Of a stretch of DNA of 64,000 nt, positions 1 to 11,372 are shown one piece after another; position 1 is the stretch's first letter, and each line of letters starts with the position of its first letter. The notes beneath the pieces are model-generated. The model was not told where the DNA came from, did not search any database, and saw only the letters and a program-made list of their open reading frames with translations. The DNA is taken from positions 97,774,001 through 97,838,000 of the forward strand of contig NC_043001.1 in NCBI RefSeq assembly GCF_006345805.1. Reading direction: 5' to 3'. The position numbers were made by a program, and so were the translations under genes. The stretch is from Octopus sinensis. Taxonomy: Eukaryota.

Positions 1-2225
1 TTTCTTTTAAGTTGTTAGTTCAAATATCACACAATGGCTGAATTTTCTTTATCATTCTTTTGAGATTAATAAAATACACGCGTATAAAGTGCCAGATTCT
101 ATCGCATTAACAGTAAAATCCCATAAATTATGTTGCCAAGCGTCTGTACCACAAATTAGCATTTATCTGGTACATATTTTATTGGATTTGCGGTACATTG
201 TGGCAACAGCATGGTGGACGATCGTTATTAGACGAATACTTTGGCTTTTTTTTTTGTATTCATTCTACTCAACACTCGAAAATCGCTTTGTTTTTAAAAC
301 TCGTGATTTATTTCCGCGTGAAAAAGCCAACGGATATTTTGGCCAACCTTAAGATGCTGAAAATATCTGAAATTCACCAGCAGTAAACGTGCTTCTTTGA
401 AAAGCGGTGTTTATAAATATATTACATGAAACTTATAATCAGTGTATTCTTGTTTCCCATTAATCTGATCTGATTCTATTTTTTCAAAGTTTCAAGACAT
501 AAACACATCTATCGTAACATTCATAGGTCAAAACTGAGAGACAATGTAACTTGGATACACGTGGATATGAACATTTTTGCGAGGTGTTATGATTTCCATT
601 CCAAATCTTTCCATTCCATTCCTCCTGATATATTGATAATTATGTTTAGTCACGTCTCCATATTTGCTGAAGAAACTCGCAGATAAATAATTTTTTCCAT
701 TCGTTACTACGAGGTAATTTTAGAGTTATTTTGATAAATCTTGGTTAGTAATATTTACTCCTTTCAAAATAGAAAAGAATAATTTGTGAAATATTCTATA
801 AATTCTAGTTAGTCGAGCTCCTGCATAACGACTCTCTCATTTGGTTTCGTGTTTATGAATAATGGAAAGATACATTTTTTTATCAACAAAGAATTGCACA
901 AAATGGCCGTGTATCAGTGAGAGCATTTTATTCGTAATCGTATGGGGTGCCGCAAATGTAACCGAACAATATCTAGCAAACGAAGCACACGTCAGTTTCT
1001 ACCTTATGTAGATGGTCTCAACTTTGAAAGGTGCCGCCATATCCAACTTTTCTAGAGTTAGGTAAGCTTATGACAAAAATACTCAATTATTTGTCGAGTG
1101 ATGATCGTATGCAATACCGTTGCTACGATATACCAAAAATCCAACCACCGGTTTGCCGGGATTTATGATACAGATGAAATATATTCCCTCGTGAGAAATA
1201 ATGCAAACTAAATAATGATGAAACAGGAGCCACTATTATGCTGCCAAATTTAATACTTTATCATTGTAGAACATTGTGTATGTATGGACAAATTAATGAG
1301 TGCGAATACATTTTATACTCACATTCAGGAATGTGGCACCGGTGTTTTCAAACTCTTGACATTATTCTGATAAAGAAAATTTTGAACGTAGCTTAACAAC
1401 ATTGAACATCAATATATCAGAAACGAATCCAAATATTAAGAATATAATTAATTATTGAATTGGCTCCTTTAATACAAATCCTGTTTTAAGAATTGCTTGT
1501 CATCTGTTCGAACGGGTTGTGTTTTAGAAACAGTAACTAAAGAAATAGGCTTCATTAACCCATAAAAGTATGCTGCCGAATTTCTTCAGATCAAGTCTCG
1601 TTGTTTCAGAAAACTAGGAAGACAACTGGAAAAATCATAGAGAATTTATCACAATAAAATAAAACATACATTTTAAAGATTGGAACTTATAAACTTATAG
1701 TTCTATTCGAATGAATTCTGTTTAGATTTACATAATCGACACAGAATAAAGGACAATCACATGCATGGTTTCTTAATATGACAGGCAAGGTAAATAACTA
1801 TTTGCACTATAAGATAATCGTTTACCAAAGATACAAGCTGGATAATATAAACAGCATTAGGTCAACATACGTTATCCTGATTAAAATTAAACCGAAAATT
1901 AACCAACAAGAAGAAAAAGAGAAACGCTTTACTAGATACAATCTGAATTATAGATGTCTTGCAAACAACTTGCACATGCAAGTGCTACCATTTAAAAGCT
2001 CCGTATATCGGAAGCTAGCAGGTGTATGGGGTCATCAGGAGAGAATGCGCGCCGTTTCAGGGCCTACCTCTCGACGGTATCAATGCGCACCGGCCCCCCT
2101 CACTAATATGAGGCCCCGCTTGCTAGATCAGCTGGTTATGAAGAACTCAATATACTTCTAGCCATCGCTCATCATCTCTTTTTAACCAAATCCAGTGGCT
2201 AGCCTTCTCCACTGTAGATTGGATA

Positions 2226-2540
2226 TAATAATACATTTCTAAATATCGGAGAGAGATTTATGCAGTAGGGATACAATAAAGTAGTTGTATACTGTCGACT
2301 CAATGTGACAATCCCATGAAGGGAATAATACTACGGCTATTTAGCCCTAGGAAGCAGCACCACTTCCTGTCGTCCTTGACACATTTTCTGTGTTCATTTG
2401 TTTACAATGGGGAGATAAGCACATCTACCCAGCTAAGCCAGCACCTAGTGAAAAACATTCACCGATTTCAAAAATAGAAATAATACATTTCTAAATCTCT
2501 CACAGTAGTGATACGATAAAGTAGTTGTATGCAGTCAACG
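2226..2540 (+). repeat. Two diverged direct copies (~2226-2300 and ~2476-2540) of an interspersed repeat segment
   Basis: AATACATTTCTAAAT...CAGTAG(G/T)GATAC(A/G)ATAAAGTAGTTGTAT occurs twice about 250 bp apart. Confidence 0.6.
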
Positions 2541-2636
2541 CCAGGCTGATGACGAGCAAAGACTCAGAAACTAGTCTCTGGTTGCTGGCTTAGCTGGGTG
2601 GATGTGCTTATCTCCCCCTTGTAAACATAACAAACA
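2391..2636. mobile_element. Short non-coding element with ~50 bp inverted arms enclosing a hammerhead motif
   Basis: 2391-2443 (TGTTTACAATGGGGAGATAAGCACATCTACCCAGCTAAGCCAGCA) is the near-perfect reverse complement of 2583-2636. An HHR lies just upstream of the right arm. Confidence 0.6.
2542..2580 (+). ncRNA. Minimal type-I hammerhead ribozyme motif
   Basis: CAGG-CTGATGA-cGAGcaaagaCTCa-GAAA-CTAG-TC-TCTG. The core is canonical, stem III is palindromic (ACTAGT), the cleavage triplet is GUC, and stem I is CAGG/TCTG with one G-U. The stem II closing pair is mismatched. Confidence 0.6.
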
Positions 2637-3149
2637 TTTTGTAACCCATTTTAAAGGGTTACAGAATTAACACACGTTATAGGAACATAAACCTTCTTCC
2701 AGGAAAAGATAGCTTAAACTGTGCTCTAAATGGAGGTGTGGTCATATCCTATCTTATGGACTCAACTATGTATGTTCTAAAATAAGTCGAAAGTTAAGCT
2801 ACTATAAATCGGCACGAACTTTCCGGACAACCCAATAATATTGACACCAAGAGATAATGGTGAATGTTTTGTTAGTTAGGACACATAACACTACGCGAGT
2901 TACTCTTGTTTACATCGCTAGTGGGGGATGTATCAACCATCGAGACTACCGAATCACGTGATCACATCTTTTGCTGGCCATGTCAATGCTAACCGCCCGA
3001 CATCAGCTGTCGATATCGCGTGTGATTCTCTCATGGTAACTATAGCAGTGTTCTGTGTTCTAACACAAAATTCACATTTGAGTGGTGATCAATATTACCT
3101 TTTGATATTAATACTGCATCTGTTCTCTCTCTTTCTCTCTTTTCTCTCT

Positions 3150-3550
3150 TCTACTTGTTTCAGTCATTTGACTGCGGCCATGCTGGAGCACCGCCTTTAG
3201 TCGAGCAAATCGACCCCGGAACTTATTCTTTGTAAGCCCAGTACTTATTCTATCGGTCTCTTTTGCTGAACCGCTAAGTGACGGGGACGTAAACACACCA
3301 GCATCGATGGTCAAGCAATGCTAGAGGGACAAACACAGACACACAAACACAAACACAAACACACATACATACATATATATATACATATATACGACAGGCT
3401 TCTTTCAGTTTCCGTCTACCAAATCCACTCACAAGGCATTGGTCGGCCCGGGGCTATAGCAGAAAACACTTGCCCAAGATGCCACACAGTGGGACTGAAC
3501 CCGGAACCATGTGGTTGGTAAGCAAGCTACTTACCACACAGCCACTCCTG
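3150..3550 (-). mobile_element. tRNA-derived SINE, family A
   Basis: Minus-strand head CAGGAGTGGCTGTGTGG (A box) ... GGTTCAGTCCC (B box), with an internal CA/TA microsatellite. About ten copies occur in the window. Confidence 0.85.
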
Positions 3551-3871
3551 TTGCTAATAAAAATTATTTTAATAATCCCACTGGTGGTTATTCGCGATAT
3601 TACTGCCTGGTTTGGTATTGAGAGCCTATGTAAATAGCTAGCAGAGATATAGCTGCTATTTCCAGTCGTTGAGCGTCTACAATTGTCAAGGTCAAAGAAT
3701 GCCGAAATCAGTCATGTGATCTGGTGGTTTCTGTGCTGTCTACTGCTTGTGATGTAAGTGAGAGTGCTTATATGTACCCAAAGTCAGTATTAGTAATATG
3801 ATAACTATCGAATTATTCTGTGTTATAGGACAACATCCAGTCTTAAGCACGGATAACTATTGCCTTCAAAG

Positions 3872-3922
<51 letters not shown>

Positions 3923-4304
3923 GTGTATAACTCATTACATTTCTTCAAATGTCCTCCCTTTTTTTAATGAATATTATTGCTATGCAACTCACCTCGTCCT
4001 TTGTTATCTCGTATGCAGTAGTATCCTGCAGGGTATTTGTTTAGTACTCTGACTCTTAAAGCATTACACGTTCGTATTAAGAACATAACTATTTCTGATG
4101 CTGCTTTCATTTCGAAAGGCACGGACAATATCCTCCTTAAATACAGTATCATTATTAAATAAGACATGTGATAATACTGTCTTAGATGCACAAATTCTGA
4201 GGAAAATACAAACATACATAGGCTCGGTTTTGATCGCGCACCTGAGCAATTTTAACTTTACCTATAGTAAATTTCTGCTAAAAATTTTTTCTACTCAAGG
4301 CACA

Positions 4305-4665
4305 AGGACCGAATTTCTGGGGAGGGGGTGGGGGCTGTCGATTAGATCGACCCTACTATGCCACTGGTGCTTAATTTATCGACCCCGAAATAATGAAAGT
4401 TGACCTCGGTGGAATTTGAACTCAGAACGTAAGGACAGAGGAAATACCTATTTTTTTACTACCCACAAGGGGCTAAACACTGAGAGGACAAACAAGGACA
4501 GTCAAACGGATTAAGTCGATTATATCGACCCTAGTGCGTAACTGGTACTTAGGACGAAAGGCAAAGTTGACCTCGGCGGAATTTGAACTCAGAACGTAGC
4601 GGCAGATGAAATACCGCTAAACATTTCGCCTGGCGTGCTAAAGTTTCGGCCAGCTCACCGCCTTA
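4305..4665 (-). mobile_element. tRNA-derived SINE, family B (tandem/partial pair)
   Basis: Minus-strand GAGCTGGCCGAAAC head, with the B-box-like GAGTTCAAATTCC present twice. Matches the copies at 6060, 27277 and 46512. Confidence 0.8.
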
Positions 4666-5756
4666 AATTTCTCTTAAATATCATAACAATCTACCGAGTT
4701 ATTGCCCAATTTCTGCCCATTGAAGTCTTAAATTTTTTGCTATATTTCATTATTTAATCATTCACTTATTTCCCAATCCATTACGACAAATTAATTCGTG
4801 TTGTATCCCTTGTATAAATCGGTTTTTGCAAGAAAATGAAATATCTATAATATGCATTACTTTCCTCTTCTCAGTTTTCAACTGATAGTCATGAAGGAAA
4901 TAAATGTGAATATTAACTAGTCTAAAAGTACCCAGTTGTTTTGATAGATAAATATATGTGAGTCCTTAATATTTACACTATAAACCCATAGAGTAAAAGA
5001 AAAACAACAACAACAACCCACAGATATTGTCGATTGATTACAACTCAAAGAAGTCAAGCAATTTCCTTTGAAAAGACGAATATTTCATCCAGATTTAACA
5101 ACCTTATTCTGTGATATAAGTTTCTGAACAAACGAAAGATTGACAGAAAAAGAAGAGGTTTGAGAGTTAGGGAGATCAGAGAGATATACAGGCCAACAAA
5201 CGAATTACAAACCTATTAACCCCGAGGGCATCTCCACACGACCTTTGCAACATTAAATTATTACTTTAGGACAAACTAAATAAATATAAAAACATTTCAT
5301 CGTAGAGGTGATAAGATGTTCAATACTCTCTTGTTAGAGACTTCGTCATTCTTATTACAGATTTCTATGGATTCTCTTCGATTATTTAAGAACATAACAA
5401 GATTTAAAGTAAAATAACGGACAAAACAGAGAGAAAGAATGGATGATTTCTAGAAAACGTGTTATATAAAGCTGCGACTGGTAAATCGTTATTCGTCTTC
5501 AACTGATTTGATTTGCAAATGTATTTCTCAATGGATTATTATAAGCTGAAACGAAATCTAAGTATGATCTCTTACGTGAAATTTATGGAAAATAAATTCA
5601 TGCACAGTATAAAGGTAAAATGTTAAATCATAGGTTCATATGTGGAAAATGAGAGGTGTCGCTTGCCGATACATATCTCAAATTTACATCATTCCGTAAA
5701 TAATACCCTCAAGTAAAGCATAAACAATACAAGGCAGTCTTCTATATTGTACTAGC

Positions 5757-5846
5757 AATACATACATACATACATACATACATACATACATACATACATA
5801 CATACATACATACATACATACATACATACATACATACATACATACA

Positions 5847-5882
<36 letters not shown>

Positions 5883-5896
5883 TATATATACATATA

Positions 5897-5987
<91 letters not shown>

Positions 5988-6030
5988 GTGTGTGTGTGTG
6001 TGTATGAATGTATGTATATGTGTGTGCATA
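5757..6030. repeat. Compound microsatellite (TACA)n-(TA)n-(TG)n
   Basis: Direct reading: over 110 bp of perfect TACA followed by TA and TG runs. Similar compound arrays recur throughout the window. Confidence 0.95.
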
Positions 6031-6059
6031 TGAGAAATAACGGTATCCTTTATAAAACT

Positions 6060-6292
6060 AGAGCTAGCCAGCTGGCAGAAACGTTAGCACGCCGGGCGAA
6101 ATGCGTAGCTGTATTTCGTCTGCTGCTACGGTCTGAGTTCAAATTCCGCCGTGGTCGACTTTGCCTTTCATCCTTTGGGGTCTATTAAATAAATACCAGT
6201 AACACACTGGGGTCGATATAATCGAATTAATCCCTTTGTTTGTCCTTATTTGTCCCCTCTATGTTTTGCCCCTTGTGGGCAATAAAGAAATA
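6060..6292 (+). mobile_element. tRNA-derived SINE, family B
   Basis: AGCTGGCAGAAACGTTAGCACGCCGGGCGAAATG ... GAGTTCAAATTCCGCC ... GTGGGCAATAAAGAAATA. Confidence 0.85.
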
Positions 6293-6350
6293 CGAGACAT
6301 CAAAGTGCTGGGAGTAATGCTTAGCGGCATTTCGTCTGATTTTTATGTTG

Positions 6351-6508
6351 TAGGCGTAGGAGTGGCTGTGTGGTAAATAGTTTGCTTACGAACCACATGG
6401 TTCCGGGTTCAGTCCCACTACGTGTCACATTGGGCAAGAATCGTATACTATAGCCTCGGGTTGACTAAAGCCTTGTGGGTGAATTGGTAGACAAAAACTG
6501 AAAGAAGC

Positions 6509-6565
<57 letters not shown>

Positions 6566-6780
6566 ATGTATGTGTGTGATAATATGTTTATGTGTCAGTG
6601 TTTCGTCACCCAACATCGCTTGACAACCGATGCTGGTGCGTTTTTAGGTCCCCGTAACTTAGCGGTTCGGCAAGAGAGACCGATGGAATAAGTACTAGAA
6701 AGAATAAGTCCTGGGGTCGATTTGCTCGACTAAAGGCTGTGCTCCAACATAAGCCATAGCAAGTCGTTAGTGAACTGAAG
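6351..6780 (+). mobile_element. tRNA-derived SINE, family A
   Basis: TAGGCGTAGGAGTGGCTGTGTGG ... GGTTCAGTCCC head, internal (TA)n, and the family A tail. Confidence 0.85.
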
Positions 6781-7084
6781 TTATACAAATGAACCTCTTC
6801 AGATAATATTAATAAAAGGGGCCAGAAGACATGCATGCACACATGCGCGCGGACACACACACATACACAATCACACACACGCATAGACACACACTTCTAT
6901 ATATACTTCCGTACGCAAACGAATGCATAAGTACATGTGTACGCGCGTGTGTATGTATACGTGCATATCTATATGTATAGTTTTGTTAGTACAAAGAGCA
7001 GAAAGGCAATATATTTTTCGAATGCAAATCCACGCACACACATACGTAAGGACCAGGGCTATACATACATACATACATACATAG

Positions 7085-7148
<64 letters not shown>

Positions 7149-7173
7149 ATATATATATATATATATATATATA

Positions 7174-8462
7174 CGAGGGACGTTCAATAAGTAATGCCTC
7201 TGATCCACTTGCAGTTGTTTGATCTAGCTGAAATTTTGCATGTGCAATCATTTATATCTCTATAGAGGAAAGTGGCAAATTACAGCTCTGAATTAATTGT
7301 GGTTTCTGATTTACAGGTGTTTGAACAGAGTCAAGTGTGAAATGGAGCCTGTTGAGTGTAGAGCAGTGATCCGGTTTTTGTATTTGAAAGGACGCACACC
7401 ACGGGAGACTTTTGATGAAATGAAAGTTACTTATGGTGATGATGCCCCATCATATGACCTTGTAAAACGCTGGCATCGTGAATTCAAACATGGTCGGAAC
7501 TCTGTGGAAACAGCTCCCAGATCTGGTCGCCCCTTCTGCCATTGATGAGGCATCTGTCCGTCAAGTTGAGGCTGCCATTTTGGAAGATCGACGCATAATT
7601 ATTCGCCAAATAGCCCATGAGGTCAAGATTAGTACCGGTTCTGTGGAAACTATCATTCATGACCATTTGCATATGCAAAAGGTGTCTGCCAGATGGATTC
7701 CCAGGTTGCTCACGCCTTTCCAGAAGCAAGAACGCGTCGAGTGCTCGAGGGTGAATTTGGAGATGTGCCAAGAAGATGAATCAAAGGTTTTCAAAAGACT
7801 GATTACACAAGATGAAACCTGGGTCCATCACGATGATTCAGAGACCAAAGCCCAGTCAATGCAGTGGAAGCACCGTGACTCACCCCCTCCAAAGAAGGCA
7901 AGGGTGCAGCCCTCCTCTGGCAAGGTCATGCTCACAGTCTTCTGGGACCAGGATGGAGTAGTGATGACAGATTTCCTGGCAAAGGGTACCACAATTACAG
8001 GAGCCTATTATGCTTCACTTTTGAGGAAATTAAGAGAAGTTATCAAACTCAAGAGGCGGGGCAAGATCAGCAAAGGCATCCTCCTCCTGCAGGACAACGC
8101 TCCGGTCCACAACTCGCTTGTCGCCAGATCAGAAGCACAGGCGTATGGCTATGAACTCCTCCCCATCCCCCTACTTTCCTGACCGTGCACCTCTGATTTT
8201 CACCTCTTCCCAGTCATGAAGTTGTTTTTGAAAGGAAAGCGTTTCCCAGATGATGCAGCCTTGATTTCTGAACTCACGTTCAGGTTGGAGGACCAAGCTG
8301 GGGTCTTCTACAAAAACGGTCTCCAGAGCTGCATCAAACAATGGGAGAAATGCGTAACTCTGGGTGGTTCCTATGTAGAAAAAGACTAATAACTGTGCCA
8401 AGTTTCGTTGCTCTACTGGTATGGGAAGTGGGTCAGGGGCATTACTTATTGAACGCCCCTCG
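7174..8462 (+). mobile_element. Near full-length mariner transposon (1289 bp, DD34D)
   Basis: 37-bp TIRs CGAGGG(A/G)CGTTCAATAAGTAATGCC(T/C)CTGA(T/C)CCACTT with 3 mismatches. Flanked by TA at 7172-73 and 8463-64, inside a (TA)n tract. Carries a transposase. Confidence 0.95.
7342..8389 (+). pseudogene. Mariner transposase, frameshifted
   Basis: MEPVECRAVIRFLYLKG... HTH, WIPRLL motif, DETW, QDNA and reconstructed HPPY(F)PD(R)APSDF. There are 34 residues between the 2nd and 3rd catalytic Asp. One +1 indel lies near 7530 and three -1 indels at 8161-8191. Confidence 0.93.
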
Positions 8463-8789
8463 TATATATCTATATGTGACCGCGTGTGTATCGTTGTCGA
8501 TTTTCTTTCTCTGTCTTCCCTTCCGTGGAGTTTTCCTTTTTCTATATTTCTGACAAAGGCATCTGCTCGAGACGTTAAATCTTCCTTCTTACTTCATTTT
8601 CCTGAGATCCAATAGCACTATACTTGTTCGAAGTATAGAATATGCATATTCTAAAGGATTATGGAATGGCAGATTGTTATACCTAATTGACTTGCTATAG
8701 CACGGACGAATCTTGTAGCCAAGAATTAATCCACCGAGTGGACAGAATACTATAGGCCCATTTGTTTTGCCTAATTATTATGTGCAAAT

Positions 8790-9201
8790 TACTCTTTTCA
8801 TTTTTACTCTTTTACTTGCTTCAGTCATTCGACTGCGGTCATGCTGGAGCACCGCCTTTAGTCGACCAAATCGACCCACGAATTATTCTTTGTAAGCCTA
8901 GTATTTATTGTATCGATAACTTGTGCCGAACCGCTAGGTTACGGGGACGTAAACACACCAGCAGCGGTTGTGAAGCGATGTTGGGGGACAAACACAGACA
9001 CACAAACATATATACACGCACATATATACATATATACGACGGGTTTCTTTCAGTTTCCGTCGACCAAATCCACTTACAAGGCTTTGGTCGGCCCGAGGCT
9101 ATAGTAGAAGACACATGCCCAAGGTGCCACGCAGTGGGACTGAACCCGGAACCATGTGGTTCGCCAGCAAGCTACTTACCACACAACCACTCCTGGGCCT
9201 A
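8790..9201 (-). mobile_element. tRNA-derived SINE, family A
   Basis: Full-length match to the 3150-3550 copy. Confidence 0.85.
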
Positions 9202-9239
9202 TGTGCACAAGCTGCCTTGACGAATTACTCCAGGATGAT

Positions 9240-10450
9240 TTCTAGTCCAAAAACAGTGACTGATGAGCAAGGAAGCGGAAACAATGGAGTGTGGGAATAA
9301 TAGTGCAGTACCTGAAGCAAGAAAACACTGTAGAAACGTTGCAGCATTATGGCTGGATTATAGGAAGGGATTTGGTACAATTCCCCACTCATGGCTGCTG
9401 AAGTATTTCCATTTTGCAAGTGTGACTGCAACCTTAGATTCAGAAAGACCTGGGTAACAATTCTCACACTTTCAACTCAGAGCTAAAAGTTCACCTCCAA
9501 TATTATAGATATTTCAAAAGTTATAATCCAAGTGGATAGTATGTTTTTTTTTTTCTGTAATTCTATCAATTGTAGCATTAATTTCATTATTATTCCTGTT
9601 ACCAAATCAAATGATTACATGCTAGGTTTTGCAACTGCTAGAGATATTAACGTAACCAATACTTTTTCTGTGGTTGAACTGAAGATTTATACTGAAACTG
9701 TTTAAAATACCCAAAAACTAGCCGGAGTTAATAACATTTTCAGAAGACGTTGTAATATAAGTTGGCTAATACAAATATTCGTATTTGAATTTTGGGCGTT
9801 CCCCAACCTAAGCTTCTGCGTCATCTGTCTCACTATCTCTCCTGTTCAATACAATGAATGGTAATTATACCTTGGCTTTGATGAAAGCATATAATATAAC
9901 GTGATGGGAATATATTTAGAATGACCTGAGAATATTATACCAGATTTAGGAAGGTACGGCAGTCAAATGTTTTCTTTGTAGAACAAGATAATATCCCGCA
10001 AATCTTTGGCTATATCATTGCTGACTCTAACATTTGGGATACTTGACAAGTCTGTTGGGGAAATTAATTCCACAGTCATTGAAACGGACAAGATCTTGAC
10101 ATCAACTGAAAATTTCTAGGTTCTACATACGAAGATATGAAGGAGGTAGGGGACTGAGATCAGACCTGACAGCTGTCGAATGTTTTAAAGTCTCTCTGAG
10201 CTAGCACTTGCTAAACAACAGTAGCAAATAGTGATACACAGACAGTGCTGAAAAGCGAAGAGAATAGCATCCGCCGTGTTGGCAGTGAACTCCAGTACAA
10301 TCCCAAATAGCCAGACTGACATACCTGAAAGTACACCTGGGTAGGAAATTATCAGCTTACCAAAGAAAGGTACTGTACATGTATATGTTTCCCGGAGACT
10401 CGAAGAAGACAGTAATAACGATATGAAGGGCAGCCTATTTTGGACTCGTG
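9240..10450 (+). pseudogene. Decayed non-LTR retrotransposon RT, R4/Dong-like
   Basis: WLDYRKGFGTIPHSWLL (9263-9457 ORF) resembles WIDYKKAYDSVPHSWI. Degenerate IQVDS (FQGDS) and GGRGL-like motifs follow downstream. Many stops and frameshifts. Confidence 0.6.
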
Positions 10451-11129
10451 ACTGCTACATCACATCGCACTTCGAAGTCTATGCATTGAGTCTAAAAGTG
10501 AGTAATAATCCTCAAAAACGAAGGGAAGAATAAGAAAATATAAGGGCCAACTTGCTAAATATAGATGTAGGCATTTATATTAGGTCAGATATTGTACTAC
10601 CTAAAGTGATGGTGGGGACTGATAAATCACCGATAGAAAGAAAAATACGTATATATAGATATACGCGCACACGCATACATATAAATGTGTATATGCACTG
10701 TTATATAGGACCACATACTTACACATATACGTCTGCATATGTATCCATACACATACGCATAGATGTATATATATTACATGGAAAAATGTGAGCAAGAGAA
10801 ATAATATCCTTAAGATTATAAACCTGAAAAATTACAGGACTATTTCTTACACTTGGAGAATTTTGGCCAATTTATTACATCTGGTAAAGTGCTGAACAAG
10901 AATATTTTTAATTAAAATATCGCAGCTAAGGACAAAATTGCAAATAAAATATTTGTTAGGCCGTCAAGTATGAAATTTGTAGTGAGGTATATGGTAAAGT
11001 TTTATAAATTTAAATTGAAGCAGGTTCTGAACGTTGAAACTTAAATCACAGAATAAAGAATGTGCAAAGAATATTCTGGTATCACGATATTGACCAAACT
11101 ATCGGATGTTTTTACGACACGCTACCTAC

Positions 11130-11372
11130 AATTGAATGGCGTTCTTTTAGCCTTCGAATCATGCTACCCATCCTGGTCGGCGAGCAGGCCAACATCCCTA
11201 CTGATCCGATGACTCTTCCGCCATAGGGTTATCCATTTACAGCTGACTGGATTGGAGCAATGAGAAACAAAATGTTTTGTTCAAGAATTTAACGTGTCTC
11301 ATAGCTCAAGAATCGGACCTACGATCTAGCAATCACCGCAACATTCAAACCACTAGGTCACACACCTTCACG
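11130..11372 (-). mobile_element. tRNA-derived SINE, family C (diverged)
   Basis: Minus-strand GTGACCTAGTGGTT ... TTCTTGAACAAAACA ... TTGCTCCAATCCAGTCAGCTG resembles the copy at 55496-55828. Confidence 0.55.

Noticed and set aside
89-420. Overlapping ORFs with faint LINE C-terminal-like wording (HSK..LFLKL, LKMLKISEIHQQ)
   Set aside because: No diagnostic motif; too weak to call without a search.
3480-3550. tRNA-like heads here and in the other SINE copies
   Set aside because: A/B boxes are present, but there is no complete cloverleaf and they are attached to SINE bodies, so they are not tRNA genes.
9261-9290. CTGATGA...GGAAAC hammerhead-like spacing
   Set aside because: It lies in the RT coding remnant (DEQ..GNN), and stems I and III do not pair.
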